Origin: an uncultured Candidatus Saccharibacteria bacterium
Lineage (GTDB): Bacteria; Patescibacteriota; Minisyncoccia; Phycocordibacterales; VMEP01
Assembly (NCBI GenBank): GCA_964579635.1
Contig: CAZOFV010000004.1
Coordinates: 817-64,816, forward strand
Length of the DNA: 64,000 nucleotides
Reading direction: 5' to 3'
The position numbers were made by a program, and so were the translations under genes. This document shows positions 19,607-28,472 of the stretch, piece by piece. How positions within the stretch are numbered: position 1 is the first letter of the stretch; each line of letters starts with the position of its first letter. The notes beneath the pieces are model-generated. The model ran no database searches. It was not told where the DNA came from and saw only the letters and a list, made by a program, of their open reading frames with translations.

Positions 19607-21463
19607 TTAAGTCAAAATCGCTTTAATTCTACGCACCCCAGAGGAAACCGCCTCTTCTTTTGTTATTTTAAAATTACCAAGCTCACTCGTATTTTTAACA
19701 TGTGGTCCTCCGCAGAACTCAAGACTGAAATCGCCAACTTTATAAACACGGACAATGTCGCCATATTTCTCTTCAAATAATCTTATTGCTCCCCTTTTTT
19801 CCGCCTCAGCAAGTGGAATATCCTCATATGACACAGGAAGTGATTCTTTTATTTTTTGATTAACCAAATCTTCAACTTTCTTTTTTTCCTCATCGGTCAT
19901 TTTTTGGTTATGCGAAAAATCAAAACGAAGTCGTTCCCCTGTTATATTGCTACCCTTTTGAGCAACATGAGTACCCAGTATTTCTATAAGCGCTTTCTGA
20001 AGCAAGTGTGTCGCGGTGTGATATCTAACCGCCATCTCACCATGGTCGGCTAATCCACCTTTAAATTTCTGATCCGATTGTGATTTTGACAAAAGCTTAT
20101 GTTTTTCCATCTCTATCTTAAATCCATCTAAATCAACAGTTAGTTCTTTTTCTTTTGCAAGTTCCAAAGTAAGCTCAATAGGAAAACCGTAGGTAGTAAA
20201 CAAAAGAAAAGCTTCATGCCCGCTAATACCTTCACTTTTTATTTTTTCAAACTGACGCATTCCAACTTCCAGTGTTTTTCTAAACTTCACTTCCTCATTT
20301 TTTATTCCCTCGCGAATATATTCAATTTTTTCTTGAATCTCGGGATAAACATCTTTATAAATCAAAGAAATTGAATCAATTGTTTTTTGAAGTTCATTTT
20401 CTTTTAGTCCTAGCAAATCTGCATAACGAACAGCGCGTCTAATTAATCTTCTTAACACATAGCCTTGCTCAGTGTTTGATGGCAAAATTCCTCCACTCAT
20501 CATAAAAACAGCCCCTTTCATATGATCTGCTATGATCCTAAAAGCAGAATCATCTTTTACTAAACCACCTTGATATTTTTTCTGAGAAAGTTTTTCTATC
20601 GATTCAATAATAGGCTTAAAAAGATCTGTCCCGAAAATATCAGCTCCACCTAAGCTAGCTGCCGCAATTCTTTCTAACCCACCACCAAAATCAACATTTT
20701 TTTGAGGCAACGCAGAAAAACTTCCATCTACTTCTTTTACGTATTCCATAAATACGGAATTACCTATCTCCATAAAACGCCCACAATCACAATTTGGATG
20801 ACAATTTTCTCCAAACTTTTTATCGTGTGGTGTTCCAAAATCATAAAAAACCTCAGAATCTGGGCCACCTGGTTCACCGGCGGGCATATTTTCTGGAACA
20901 CCAGAACGACTCCACCAATTCTTTTTAGAATTGTAATAAAAAATCTTCCCACCCTGCATTCCAGTCTTTCCGCCATCTTCTTCACTACCAATAAATATAT
21001 CTTTAGCATCAATTCCAACTTTTTTAAAAAGTTCTTTCCAGATTAAAACCGCTTCGTTATCTTTTGGAATTCCATATTTTTCTTCTCCCGCAAAAACTGT
21101 CACATATAATTTTTCAGGAGAAAGCCCGACTTCTTTTGTAAAAAAATCAAAAACCCAATTTAGTTGTTCATTTTTAAAATAATCTCCTAAAGACCAATTA
21201 CCAAGCATCTCAAAACAGGTCGTATGGCGATTATCTCCAATCTCTTCAATATCTTCAGCACGAAAACATTTTTGAGAATTAACAAGGCGAACTCCTTTTG
21301 GGTGTGGAGAACCCAAGAGATATGGAAGAAGTGGTTGCATCCCAGAACTTGTAAAAAGAGTCGTGGGGTCATTTTCTGGGATAATTGGGGCAGATGGAAT
21401 AACCGCATGTCCACGCGAATTAAAATACTCCAGATATTTTTTTCTTATCTCAGTCCCGTTCAT
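19607..21463 (-). CDS. alaS: alanyl-tRNA synthetase, short form lacking the C-terminal C-Ala domain
   Basis: N-terminal class II AlaRS catalytic core (…FTSSGMQP…KCFRAEDIEEIGDNRHTTCFEMLGNWS…). Editing domain present with HTATHLL…H and CGGPHV. Total 618 aa against about 870 typical. Confidence 0.9.
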   Translation of the reverse strand: MNGTEIRKKYLEYFNSRGHAVIPSAPIIPENDPTTLFTSSGMQPLLPYLLGSPHPKGVRLVNSQKCFRAEDIEEIGDNRHTTCFEMLGNWSLGDYFKNEQLNWVFDFFTKEVGLSPEKLYVTVFAGEEKYGIPKDNEAVLIWKELFKKVGIDAKDIFIGSEEDGGKTGMQGGKIFYYNSKKNWWSRSGVPENMPAGEPGGPDSEVFYDFGTPHDKKFGENCHPNCDCGRFMEIGNSVFMEYVKEVDGSFSALPQKNVDFGGGLERIAAASLGGADIFGTDLFKPIIESIEKLSQKKYQGGLVKDDSAFRIIADHMKGAVFMMSGGILPSNTEQGYVLRRLIRRAVRYADLLGLKENELQKTIDSISLIYKDVYPEIQEKIEYIREGIKNEEVKFRKTLEVGMRQFEKIKSEGISGHEAFLLFTTYGFPIELTLELAKEKELTVDLDGFKIEMEKHKLLSKSQSDQKFKGGLADHGEMAVRYHTATHLLQKALIEILGTHVAQKGSNITGERLRFDFSHNQKMTDEEKKKVEDLVNQKIKESLPVSYEDIPLAEAEKRGAIRLFEEKYGDIVRVYKVGDFSLEFCGGPHVKNTSELGNFKITKEEAVSSGVRRIKAILT

Positions 21464-21597
21464 TTTTCCTATTGTAATACAATTAAAACTATCTGAGCAA
21501 ACACAGTGAGAATACTAAGATCAGATTACTCGTTACTGTCACTTGGAGGCTTCGCCTCCAAGTTGGGAGATAATCTTTTTACATGAGGCGGACTTTT

Positions 21598-23880
21598 CTA
21601 AAACTCCTCAACTCGAACCCTACAATCCACCCTACATCTCGCAGGATTCTCACCTTTAGAAGGTTGACAGATTCCATTACCACAAGAGGTGTTTGAACTA
21701 CAGGAAGCATTGATTCCTCCGTATTCGCCAGCACAAGTCCATGTCCATGAAGAAGGAGTTCCTCCTTCTGGTAAAAAGTTGGTATTTGATGGTAATACAG
21801 TAGGTCCTGGTAATCCAACTGTATTACAGAGATTTGATGTTGGTTTCTTTTGAGATGGTATCCCGTTGGCAGAACCGCAGACTCCATCTACTGGGTTATT
21901 AACATTTACTGTTATCGTGCGAGAAGGACAGTTGGTTGACCATAAGCCCATGTTGTCTTGAGCTCTAAAGTAGACAGTGTAGGTTCCAGCAGAAAAAGAT
22001 CTAACGAAACTTACCAAAGAACTAAGTAATGTTCCGGTAGAGCAGTTTCCACTTCTCCATTCATAACCAACAACTGTGCCATCTGCGTCTGTTGCTGATC
22101 CTGTAAACTGCTGGGTTTGATTTTCAAATATGGTGATATCGATTGCTGGGCTGACAATTGATGCGGTTGGTGGTGTAGCTGGGATACAAGAGCTGGTACT
22201 ACTTTGCCAGATGAATAGTGGTGCACAGGTATTACAGCTTACTGGGTTGTTTGCTCCGTTATTACATATTCCATTGGTACAGCCGCCATTACTACATGTA
22301 GCACAAGTGCTTCCATTCCAACCAAGTGGGGTAGAACAAGTGTTGCATGTTGGGTAGTTGTTTGCGCCATTTGAACAAGTTGGAGTAATTGTGAAAGAAC
22401 TGAATGGAGACCAACCGCTGTATAGTCCATTGGAGCTATTGTAAGCATATCCAGAAAGAGTGTTGCTGTTTATCGGTGAAGTGAAGTTTGTGTTGAAAGT
22501 TACGACGTAAGAGACAGTTCTAGTGTTTCCTGATACTGAAGTACTGCAAGACACGAGGTTGATATATTCTGGACCATAACCATTGTAGATTGTTGCAGAG
22601 CCACCACCAGAACAAGCTATTGGTGGTATTTTGTATAATCCTCCGAAGAAGGTAAATCCAATTGATGACCATCCTAGATATCCACGATAGTAACCAGCGT
22701 TCACTCCTTGGTAATTTACTAAAGCGAGTTCGTCGGTAATGAAGGAACCGCCGCCGTAGTTAGAAGCTGTTGAGGTAATGGTGTATTGATTGGTTGCGTT
22801 AGTTAGCACTGTACCACTACTGATAGTGACGTTTGTCATAGTTGGAAGAGGCGGAGATACTGTGAAGTTGGTTGTTGACCAACCAGAACCAGCCCAGACA
22901 GTGTTGTAGCAATATGCAGAAATAGTATGAGCTCCTGGACTAGTCATGGCTCCCGCATAATATGTTCCGGAGGTTGTGTATCCGGCGACTAAATATGTAG
23001 ACCAATCAAGTAGTAAATAACAGTAGTAGCCGTTTGTGGAGGAAAGAGTAAATCCTGGGTTGGCACCATAAGGTACTGGATTTTGCGAAACGGAAGCAGA
23101 TGCGGTGGGAGGATCATAGGTCCAGTAAACAACAACAACGCCCTGCGCGCCATCACCAGCGTAAGTGGGGGTCCCCCAGTCGCAGGTGGCGTTGGAGCCA
23201 AACACTTGGCTGGCAAACACTCCTCCTCCACCACCACCACCTCCTCCACCAGATTGTGGATAGACTAAAGGTGACCCACCACTCCATGCGCCACACGTGC
23301 ACGACGTCTCATTGCAATCATAAAGAAGGGTACAGGTTCCGGCGGTGGCCGCTGAGCCCCCAGCACCTCCAGCACCTCCAGAGCCACTAGCGCCACCGGC
23401 GCCACCAGTAGTTGCCCATCTACTTGGTGGCCAAGAACCATACGAACCGTAACTAGCTGTCCCGTAACCTCCATACCCCGGGGAACCGCCCGTCTGACCA
23501 CCGCCACCGCCATACGCAACCACTGGCCCAATAAGAGAATATCCACCATCACCACCAGGACTTGATGCACCAGACTCACAGTGGGGAGCACCGCCATGAA
23601 CACCGCCCGGGCCAACAGTAACCCAATAAGACTGACCACCTGTTACCGAAAAAGACCCGACACTATAACCTCCTCCTCCGCCACCAGCACCAGCACCTTC
23701 ATTGGTACCACCAGCACCAGCTCCACCACCACCAACTACTACTGCGGTTAGAGAAGACACTCCTGTTGGCACGGTAAAGGTCCCACTGCTAGTAAAAGTA
23801 TATGATTCGGCAAGTGAAATGCTCGGCATCACTGTGAGCAAAACTACTGCAACAATAACCGTAGAGATTATTTTTTTCAT
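21598..23880 (-). CDS. large secreted cell-surface protein with a polyglycine-rich N-domain, Cys-rich repeats, a PKD-like domain and a conserved Cys-containing C-terminal module
   Basis: Signal peptide MKKIISTVIVAVVLLTVMPSISLA. Gly-rich segment at aa about 40-250, including a G10 run. TCxxC-type Cys-rich repeats at aa about 500-555. PKD-like motif SATDADGTVVGYEWR. The C-terminal 200 aa are paralogous to the C-terminus of the 1122-aa neighbour. Confidence 0.8.
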   Translation of the reverse strand: MKKIISTVIVAVVLLTVMPSISLAESYTFTSSGTFTVPTGVSSLTAVVVGGGGAGAGGTNEGAGAGGGGGGYSVGSFSVTGGQSYWVTVGPGGVHGGAPHCESGASSPGGDGGYSLIGPVVAYGGGGGQTGGSPGYGGYGTASYGSYGSWPPSRWATTGGAGGASGSGGAGGAGGSAATAGTCTLLYDCNETSCTCGAWSGGSPLVYPQSGGGGGGGGGGVFASQVFGSNATCDWGTPTYAGDGAQGVVVVYWTYDPPTASASVSQNPVPYGANPGFTLSSTNGYYCYLLLDWSTYLVAGYTTSGTYYAGAMTSPGAHTISAYCYNTVWAGSGWSTTNFTVSPPLPTMTNVTISSGTVLTNATNQYTITSTASNYGGGSFITDELALVNYQGVNAGYYRGYLGWSSIGFTFFGGLYKIPPIACSGGGSATIYNGYGPEYINLVSCSTSVSGNTRTVSYVVTFNTNFTSPINSNTLSGYAYNSSNGLYSGWSPFSSFTITPTCSNGANNYPTCNTCSTPLGWNGSTCATCSNGGCTNGICNNGANNPVSCNTCAPLFIWQSSTSSCIPATPPTASIVSPAIDITIFENQTQQFTGSATDADGTVVGYEWRSGNCSTGTLLSSLVSFVRSFSAGTYTVYFRAQDNMGLWSTNCPSRTITVNVNNPVDGVCGSANGIPSQKKPTSNLCNTVGLPGPTVLPSNTNFLPEGGTPSSWTWTCAGEYGGINASCSSNTSCGNGICQPSKGENPARCRVDCRVRVEEF
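23221..23250 (-). repeat. in-frame (GGN)10 triplet repeat encoding a Gly10 run
   Basis: Plus strand reads tcctcctccaccaccaccacctcctccacc, which encodes GGGGGGGGGG (aa 211-220 of the 760-aa protein). Confidence 0.8.
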
Positions 23881-23943
23881 TTCATCTTTATATCACTCAA
23901 CATATTTTGACTATTCACAGATGCTTATCTTGATTGTTGTTTT

Positions 23944-24483
23944 TTATCTTACTTGCACTTCCCCACCAACAAGGGATTGAATATTTATTCTCGTAGCCAC
24001 GAACGTTTTTAAGCTTGATATATCAACAGAAGAAAAAGCAACAAGAATATCTCCAACTTTAATATCTTCAAGTGCAACCCCAACTCGAGTAAAAGGCTCT
24101 GGTGGTATTGTAAGCGTAGTTGTATTTTGTTTTTGCTTTTCGGCAAAGTCCGCTAAATCCTTTTTTATTGACTCAGAATCTTTTTGAATAAGATTTTCAA
24201 TAACAGTGGCCTTATCAACAGTCACGACGATGGATTCTGTTGGATCTCCCGAGATAACCTTGCTTGGCATTTTCCTTGCGTCTTTAAGAAAGATCTCTTT
24301 ATCAGATATTTTTTCAACAGTACCAACAGCCATGTGTTGTTCTAATTGTTCCAATCCTGTGTTTTGTGTCTTGGGAGCAGTCTTTATATTTGAGCCACCC
24401 GTATAGACATAAAAAACCGTAGCGAGAATAGCAATTACACCAATAACAGCAGTGGCACTAATTATTTTTTTATATTCAGCCAT
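23944..24483 (-). CDS. hypothetical N-terminally anchored membrane protein between the two surface-protein genes
   Basis: 179 aa with a single N-terminal TM (IISATAVIGVIAILATVFYVY). No recognised domain. Confidence 0.55.
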   Translation of the reverse strand: MAEYKKIISATAVIGVIAILATVFYVYTGGSNIKTAPKTQNTGLEQLEQHMAVGTVEKISDKEIFLKDARKMPSKVISGDPTESIVVTVDKATVIENLIQKDSESIKKDLADFAEKQKQNTTTLTIPPEPFTRVGVALEDIKVGDILVAFSSVDISSLKTFVATRINIQSLVGGEVQVR

Positions 24484-24673
24484 ATTATTGTTTTTATTTA
24501 TTGATCTTTATTTTAACACACAACTATTATGTTTATATTGGCAATTGTGCATAAATATAAATTATTAATTCTTACTGTAATACAGGCAAAAATATCTGAG
24601 TAAATATAACAAGGATAGTAGTATTAAATTACTAATTTCTATCACACTTAAAAACAAAAACTTTAAATGACTT

Positions 24674-27600
24674 CTAAAACTCAAAAAACTTAACCTTGCA
24701 ATCTGCCCTACAAGTAGATGGGTTTTCACCTTTAGAAGCCTGACACTTATCGTCACCGCACGATGTTCCTAACTGACGGCATACACCCTCTGAATCACAT
24801 ACTGTACCAACTGAACTACACGAAGCATTTGAGCCATTATATTCACCAGCACAGGTCCATGTCCAAGATAGCGCAGGGTTGTTTTCAGGAAGAATATTGA
24901 TATCTGTGGGTAGAACAGTTGGACTTGGTAAGCCTACTGTGTTACAGAGATTAGAGGTTGGTTTCTTTTGAGTTGGAACGCCGTTAGCAGAGCCACAAAC
25001 TCCTGGTATTGGATCTGGTGTAGTAACGGTCAATCGACGATATCGGCATGGTGATGACCATGCCCCGGAATCATCTTGGCCCCTGAAAAAAATCCAGTAT
25101 GTTCCGGGAACAAATGAACGAACAAAACTTGTTAAAGAACTAATGAGTGTGCCGGAGGTGCAGTTATCGAGTCTCCATTCATAAGCCACTATAGTACCGT
25201 CAATATCGGCGTCTGTGGCCGCACCAGAAAATTGCTGTGACTGGGAGCTGTTTATTGTGATGTCTGTAGCGGGGCTAATGATTGTCGCTGTTGGTAATTT
25301 GTTTTTATACGCATAACAGGTAGGATTTGCTCCATTTACCCCACGACACTCCCACTGATAACGATCAAGAAGGTTCCAAACATAACCCGGAGTACCTGTA
25401 TTGCAAAGCCCAGAAGTTGGAGCAGTTGTTAACCTTGTAGTCCCATTAGCTGGGCCACAAGAACCGTTAACTATGGATGTTACTATGTTTATAGTCTTAA
25501 AAACGTTTGCAGATTGATTATTATTAGAATCTTGTGTTCTTACATAAAAAACTTTCGTTCCAGTTGTGCCCCATGTACGACTAATTGTTTGAGGGGTCCC
25601 AGACGGAACATATCCAACCGCAGGAGCCCATTCGTCAATAATAGTGTCGAAGTTCCAGTCAAAGCCATACCTAACATTATCACCATCAATATCTGTTGCG
25701 GTAGCTGTAAAACTTACGGGAGTATTCACAAGACTAGGATCCTGATAAACAAGAGTTGGTGTTGATGGTGGATTACTTGGAGGAGCTGCAGTAAATGAGA
25801 AAGAAAGACTCATGGCTTGAACATCGAAATTAAGACCACCGGAACGCCCATATTGACCTGTTTGTCTACTGTCATAACTAATAAATTGTCCCGCTCGAAG
25901 AAAACCACTTGTAGCTGGGTATGAAACATACATATTAATTGGTTGTCCAGAAGAAGCTGTAACTAAACAATCAGAATAAAAAGGACTATAGCTCACAGTT
26001 GGAGCACACCACGTAGGATCACCAGGGTACAGCGAACAGAAAAAGCTGTTATATGGAGCAACTGTCCTCACACCACCTAAAGTAGCTCCACAGCTAAGAC
26101 CGCTTCCAGAGACAGAAAATGTTGGAGGTATGGTGGCCATATCCCCTTGATAAATAATGTAATACCAACCACCAGAAACATAATTAATGTTGGCACACTC
26201 ATTATATGTTGTACAAGATTTTGCAGAGGTGTCCCATCGTCCATACGGAGAGTCATATTCACCACCTGTGCCAACCCAAGAACTTGCGCCACTATTTGGA
26301 TTCCAGGTCACCCTAACAGTAGCGCCGGTTGGAATTGAGGATCCATCAAGTATCTCTGCCCCAAAAAGAGTTACAGTGGCATTGTATATCACCGTCGCTG
26401 TTATTCCCGCGACCCCGTAACCAGTCGGATTAGAAGACCCCTCACTAAAACCAAGTATCGGCAAGCTTTGTGTTGTCCCAACGCTCTTTGCTTCTGCTAA
26501 TAGTGGCACCGTAAAAGAAGACCCGAGAAAAATAAGTATTAACACAAGAGAAATTGGCAATTTTTTCCTACCACGAAAAACTCTCCACAAAATATAAGCG
26601 ATAGACAAAAGAACCAAACCACCTAAAACAATAGCGCCCGTATTCGTTTTTTTAGGACAGATGTCAGGGTTAATATTCCGACAATCATAAACCTCTTTTA
26701 CTTCCTCAACTACTTCTCCTTTGTGTTTAAGTGTGGCAGTTAAGGAAAATGTTGTGTAATTTTTTTTCGGAGTAAACAGATCTTTTACCCCCATCATTGT
26801 ACTTGTAATATCTCCAGCATACTCATAGGAATGGATAAATCTCCCATTTTCATCCCTTAGTGTTAAAGTCAAGGTGTTATCTTTAACAAAGCCGTCACTA
26901 ACCGCGTGAACGCAAGAAAAAAGCGTATTTTCCTTATTTTTTTCAAGTGGATAGCTCATAATACTTGGAAAATTTATTCTTGTTTCCTCAATGCCATCAC
27001 GAACAAAACGAATGTTAAGAATTGATTTACTAGAAAGATCTCTGGTCTCTACTACAAGATAAGAAACAATCGCCCCGGTTGGTAAGGCGGTATATGAAAT
27101 TTCTTTGGTCTCTCTTGGCTTTAATTGCACAGATTCTGTTTTTATATCCTTAAGATTTTCTTCACGAAGACCATCCCAGTTATATAATTTCCAAACGACA
27201 GGGACTGTCACTGATTCGTTTTTCGGGTTTACAATCTTAACAACAACGCTCACTGGATCATCTTTTGAAAAATGAAGGGGGAAGGCGGCAAAACGATGTG
27301 GTTGCTTGTTCAAAGTAACCGTACTCTTGTCAAAAGCGACAACGCCAATCTTGCTATCATTAACAACAGAAAAATAAACCTGATTACCAACTACGTCATC
27401 AGTAAAAGAAAGTCCTAAAAGGTTATAGCGCTTAGCGGTCTGAAAAAAGAAGGTTGCAATATAATCTCCAGCCGGAGCGTTATCTGGAACTTTCCATAAA
27501 AATGACGTCTTCTTACTTCCTTTTGCTGGGAGTGTAAAGGTTTCGTTGAGTGGAAACTGGTCAACTAGCTCAAACCCATTTTCTTGGTCAAAATTTTCTC

Positions 27601-28042
27601 CCGCTTGTTGTCTAAATATTTTTACGTAAACTTGACCATCAACTATAGGATAAGGGTTGGCATTTTTTATTTCACCAGGAAACCCGACTGTCGCACCGGG
27701 AACAGTTTGGGAAAGCGTAGTCGGAAGATCAACTTGAACAGAACCAAAATGATAATAATCAAAACAATCAACTGTTCCTAGAGGAGAAGCTCCAGATGTA
27801 TCGACACCAGAGGGATTGCCTAAAAGAATAAAAGAAGTCATTTTCTCTTTTTCTTCATTCGTCCAAGTCTTTTGGTCTTTCTTAAAGATAGCCTGTATTT
27901 CGACGGGGGCTTCTTTAAGATTAACTGTTGGCGCACCAGGCGACGAAGGAGTTGTCACTTGGGCTTGCGACGATGGTGCTACAATAAAAAACAAAAAAAA
28001 GAAAATAAAAAACAGAGATAAATTAAAAAATTTAAAGTTCAT
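24674..28042 (-). CDS. giant secreted cell-surface protein (1122 aa) with an internal TM hairpin, two PKD-like repeats and two copies of the conserved Cys-containing module
   Basis: Signal peptide MNFKFFNLSLFFIFFFLFFIVAPSSQA. Internal hydrophobic pair TGAIVLGGLVLLSIAYILW-RVFRGRKK-LPISLVLILIFLGSSFTVPLLAEA. PKD-like motifs TATDIDGDNVRYGFDW and AATDADIDGTIVAYEWR. Two G(S/V)CG(P/S)ANG…LCNT…W.C modules. The C-terminal roughly 200 aa are about 70% identical to the 760-aa protein. Confidence 0.8.
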   Translation of the reverse strand: MNFKFFNLSLFFIFFFLFFIVAPSSQAQVTTPSSPGAPTVNLKEAPVEIQAIFKKDQKTWTNEEKEKMTSFILLGNPSGVDTSGASPLGTVDCFDYYHFGSVQVDLPTTLSQTVPGATVGFPGEIKNANPYPIVDGQVYVKIFRQQAGENFDQENGFELVDQFPLNETFTLPAKGSKKTSFLWKVPDNAPAGDYIATFFFQTAKRYNLLGLSFTDDVVGNQVYFSVVNDSKIGVVAFDKSTVTLNKQPHRFAAFPLHFSKDDPVSVVVKIVNPKNESVTVPVVWKLYNWDGLREENLKDIKTESVQLKPRETKEISYTALPTGAIVSYLVVETRDLSSKSILNIRFVRDGIEETRINFPSIMSYPLEKNKENTLFSCVHAVSDGFVKDNTLTLTLRDENGRFIHSYEYAGDITSTMMGVKDLFTPKKNYTTFSLTATLKHKGEVVEEVKEVYDCRNINPDICPKKTNTGAIVLGGLVLLSIAYILWRVFRGRKKLPISLVLILIFLGSSFTVPLLAEAKSVGTTQSLPILGFSEGSSNPTGYGVAGITATVIYNATVTLFGAEILDGSSIPTGATVRVTWNPNSGASSWVGTGGEYDSPYGRWDTSAKSCTTYNECANINYVSGGWYYIIYQGDMATIPPTFSVSGSGLSCGATLGGVRTVAPYNSFFCSLYPGDPTWCAPTVSYSPFYSDCLVTASSGQPINMYVSYPATSGFLRAGQFISYDSRQTGQYGRSGGLNFDVQAMSLSFSFTAAPPSNPPSTPTLVYQDPSLVNTPVSFTATATDIDGDNVRYGFDWNFDTIIDEWAPAVGYVPSGTPQTISRTWGTTGTKVFYVRTQDSNNNQSANVFKTINIVTSIVNGSCGPANGTTRLTTAPTSGLCNTGTPGYVWNLLDRYQWECRGVNGANPTCYAYKNKLPTATIISPATDITINSSQSQQFSGAATDADIDGTIVAYEWRLDNCTSGTLISSLTSFVRSFVPGTYWIFFRGQDDSGAWSSPCRYRRLTVTTPDPIPGVCGSANGVPTQKKPTSNLCNTVGLPSPTVLPTDINILPENNPALSWTWTCAGEYNGSNASCSSVGTVCDSEGVCRQLGTSCGDDKCQASKGENPSTCRADCKVKFFEF

Positions 28043-28049
28043 AATTTAA

Positions 28050-28469
28050 TCATAATACAACAAGTATCGCCCCTGCAACTATTAAGAATGCCCCAGCCAA
28101 AGATTTAACCCCAAGTCCTTCTCCGAGAAAAAGAGCGGCAAAAATAATAACAAAAACAATACTCAATTTATCTACTGTTGCGACACTGGACGCCTTCCCC
28201 TCCTTCAATGCAGAGAAATAAAATAACCAAGAAAGAGCACCTGCGACTGCAGATAAAATAATAAAAATCCAATCACGCCCAGCAAAACTGGAAAAAGAAA
28301 AATCGTTAAATTTTTTAAGAGAGAGGCTCGTTATAAGAAGAAACCCCGCCATGATAACGGCGCGAACGGTAGTTGCGAGGGTTGTATCAATCCCCTTAAG
28401 GCCAACTTTTCCTAAAATAGCTACGAATGAGGCGAATATTGCAGAAAAAATTGCGTACCAAAACCACAT
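28050..28469 (-). CDS. EamA/DMT-family small membrane transporter (4 TM)
   Basis: 139 aa with four hydrophobic helices and an EamA-like half-transporter pattern. Confidence 0.6.
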   Translation of the reverse strand: MWFWYAIFSAIFASFVAILGKVGLKGIDTTLATTVRAVIMAGFLLITSLSLKKFNDFSFSSFAGRDWIFIILSAVAGALSWLFYFSALKEGKASSVATVDKLSIVFVIIFAALFLGEGLGVKSLAGAFLIVAGAILVVL

Positions 28470-28472
28470 ATA

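Noticed and set aside
21542-21562. cttggaggc-UUC-gcctccaag hairpin between the surface-protein gene and alaS as an intrinsic terminator
   Set aside because: It is a strong 9-bp stem, but on the transcribed (minus) strand no U-tract follows it. At most it is an RNA-stability or processing hairpin.
22011-23639. Multiple overlapping ORFs on both strands inside the 760-aa gene (for example 22239..22448, 23100..23390, 23265..23639)
   Set aside because: They are shadow ORFs created by the GC- and Gly-codon-rich sequence of the genuine surface-protein gene. They lack starts with RBSs and overlap it entirely.
24674-28042. Splitting the 1122-aa ORF into two genes at the internal signal-peptide-like segment
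   Set aside because: There is no in-frame stop codon in the given sequence, so it is kept as one CDS. The alternative is recorded as a finding rather than a feature.
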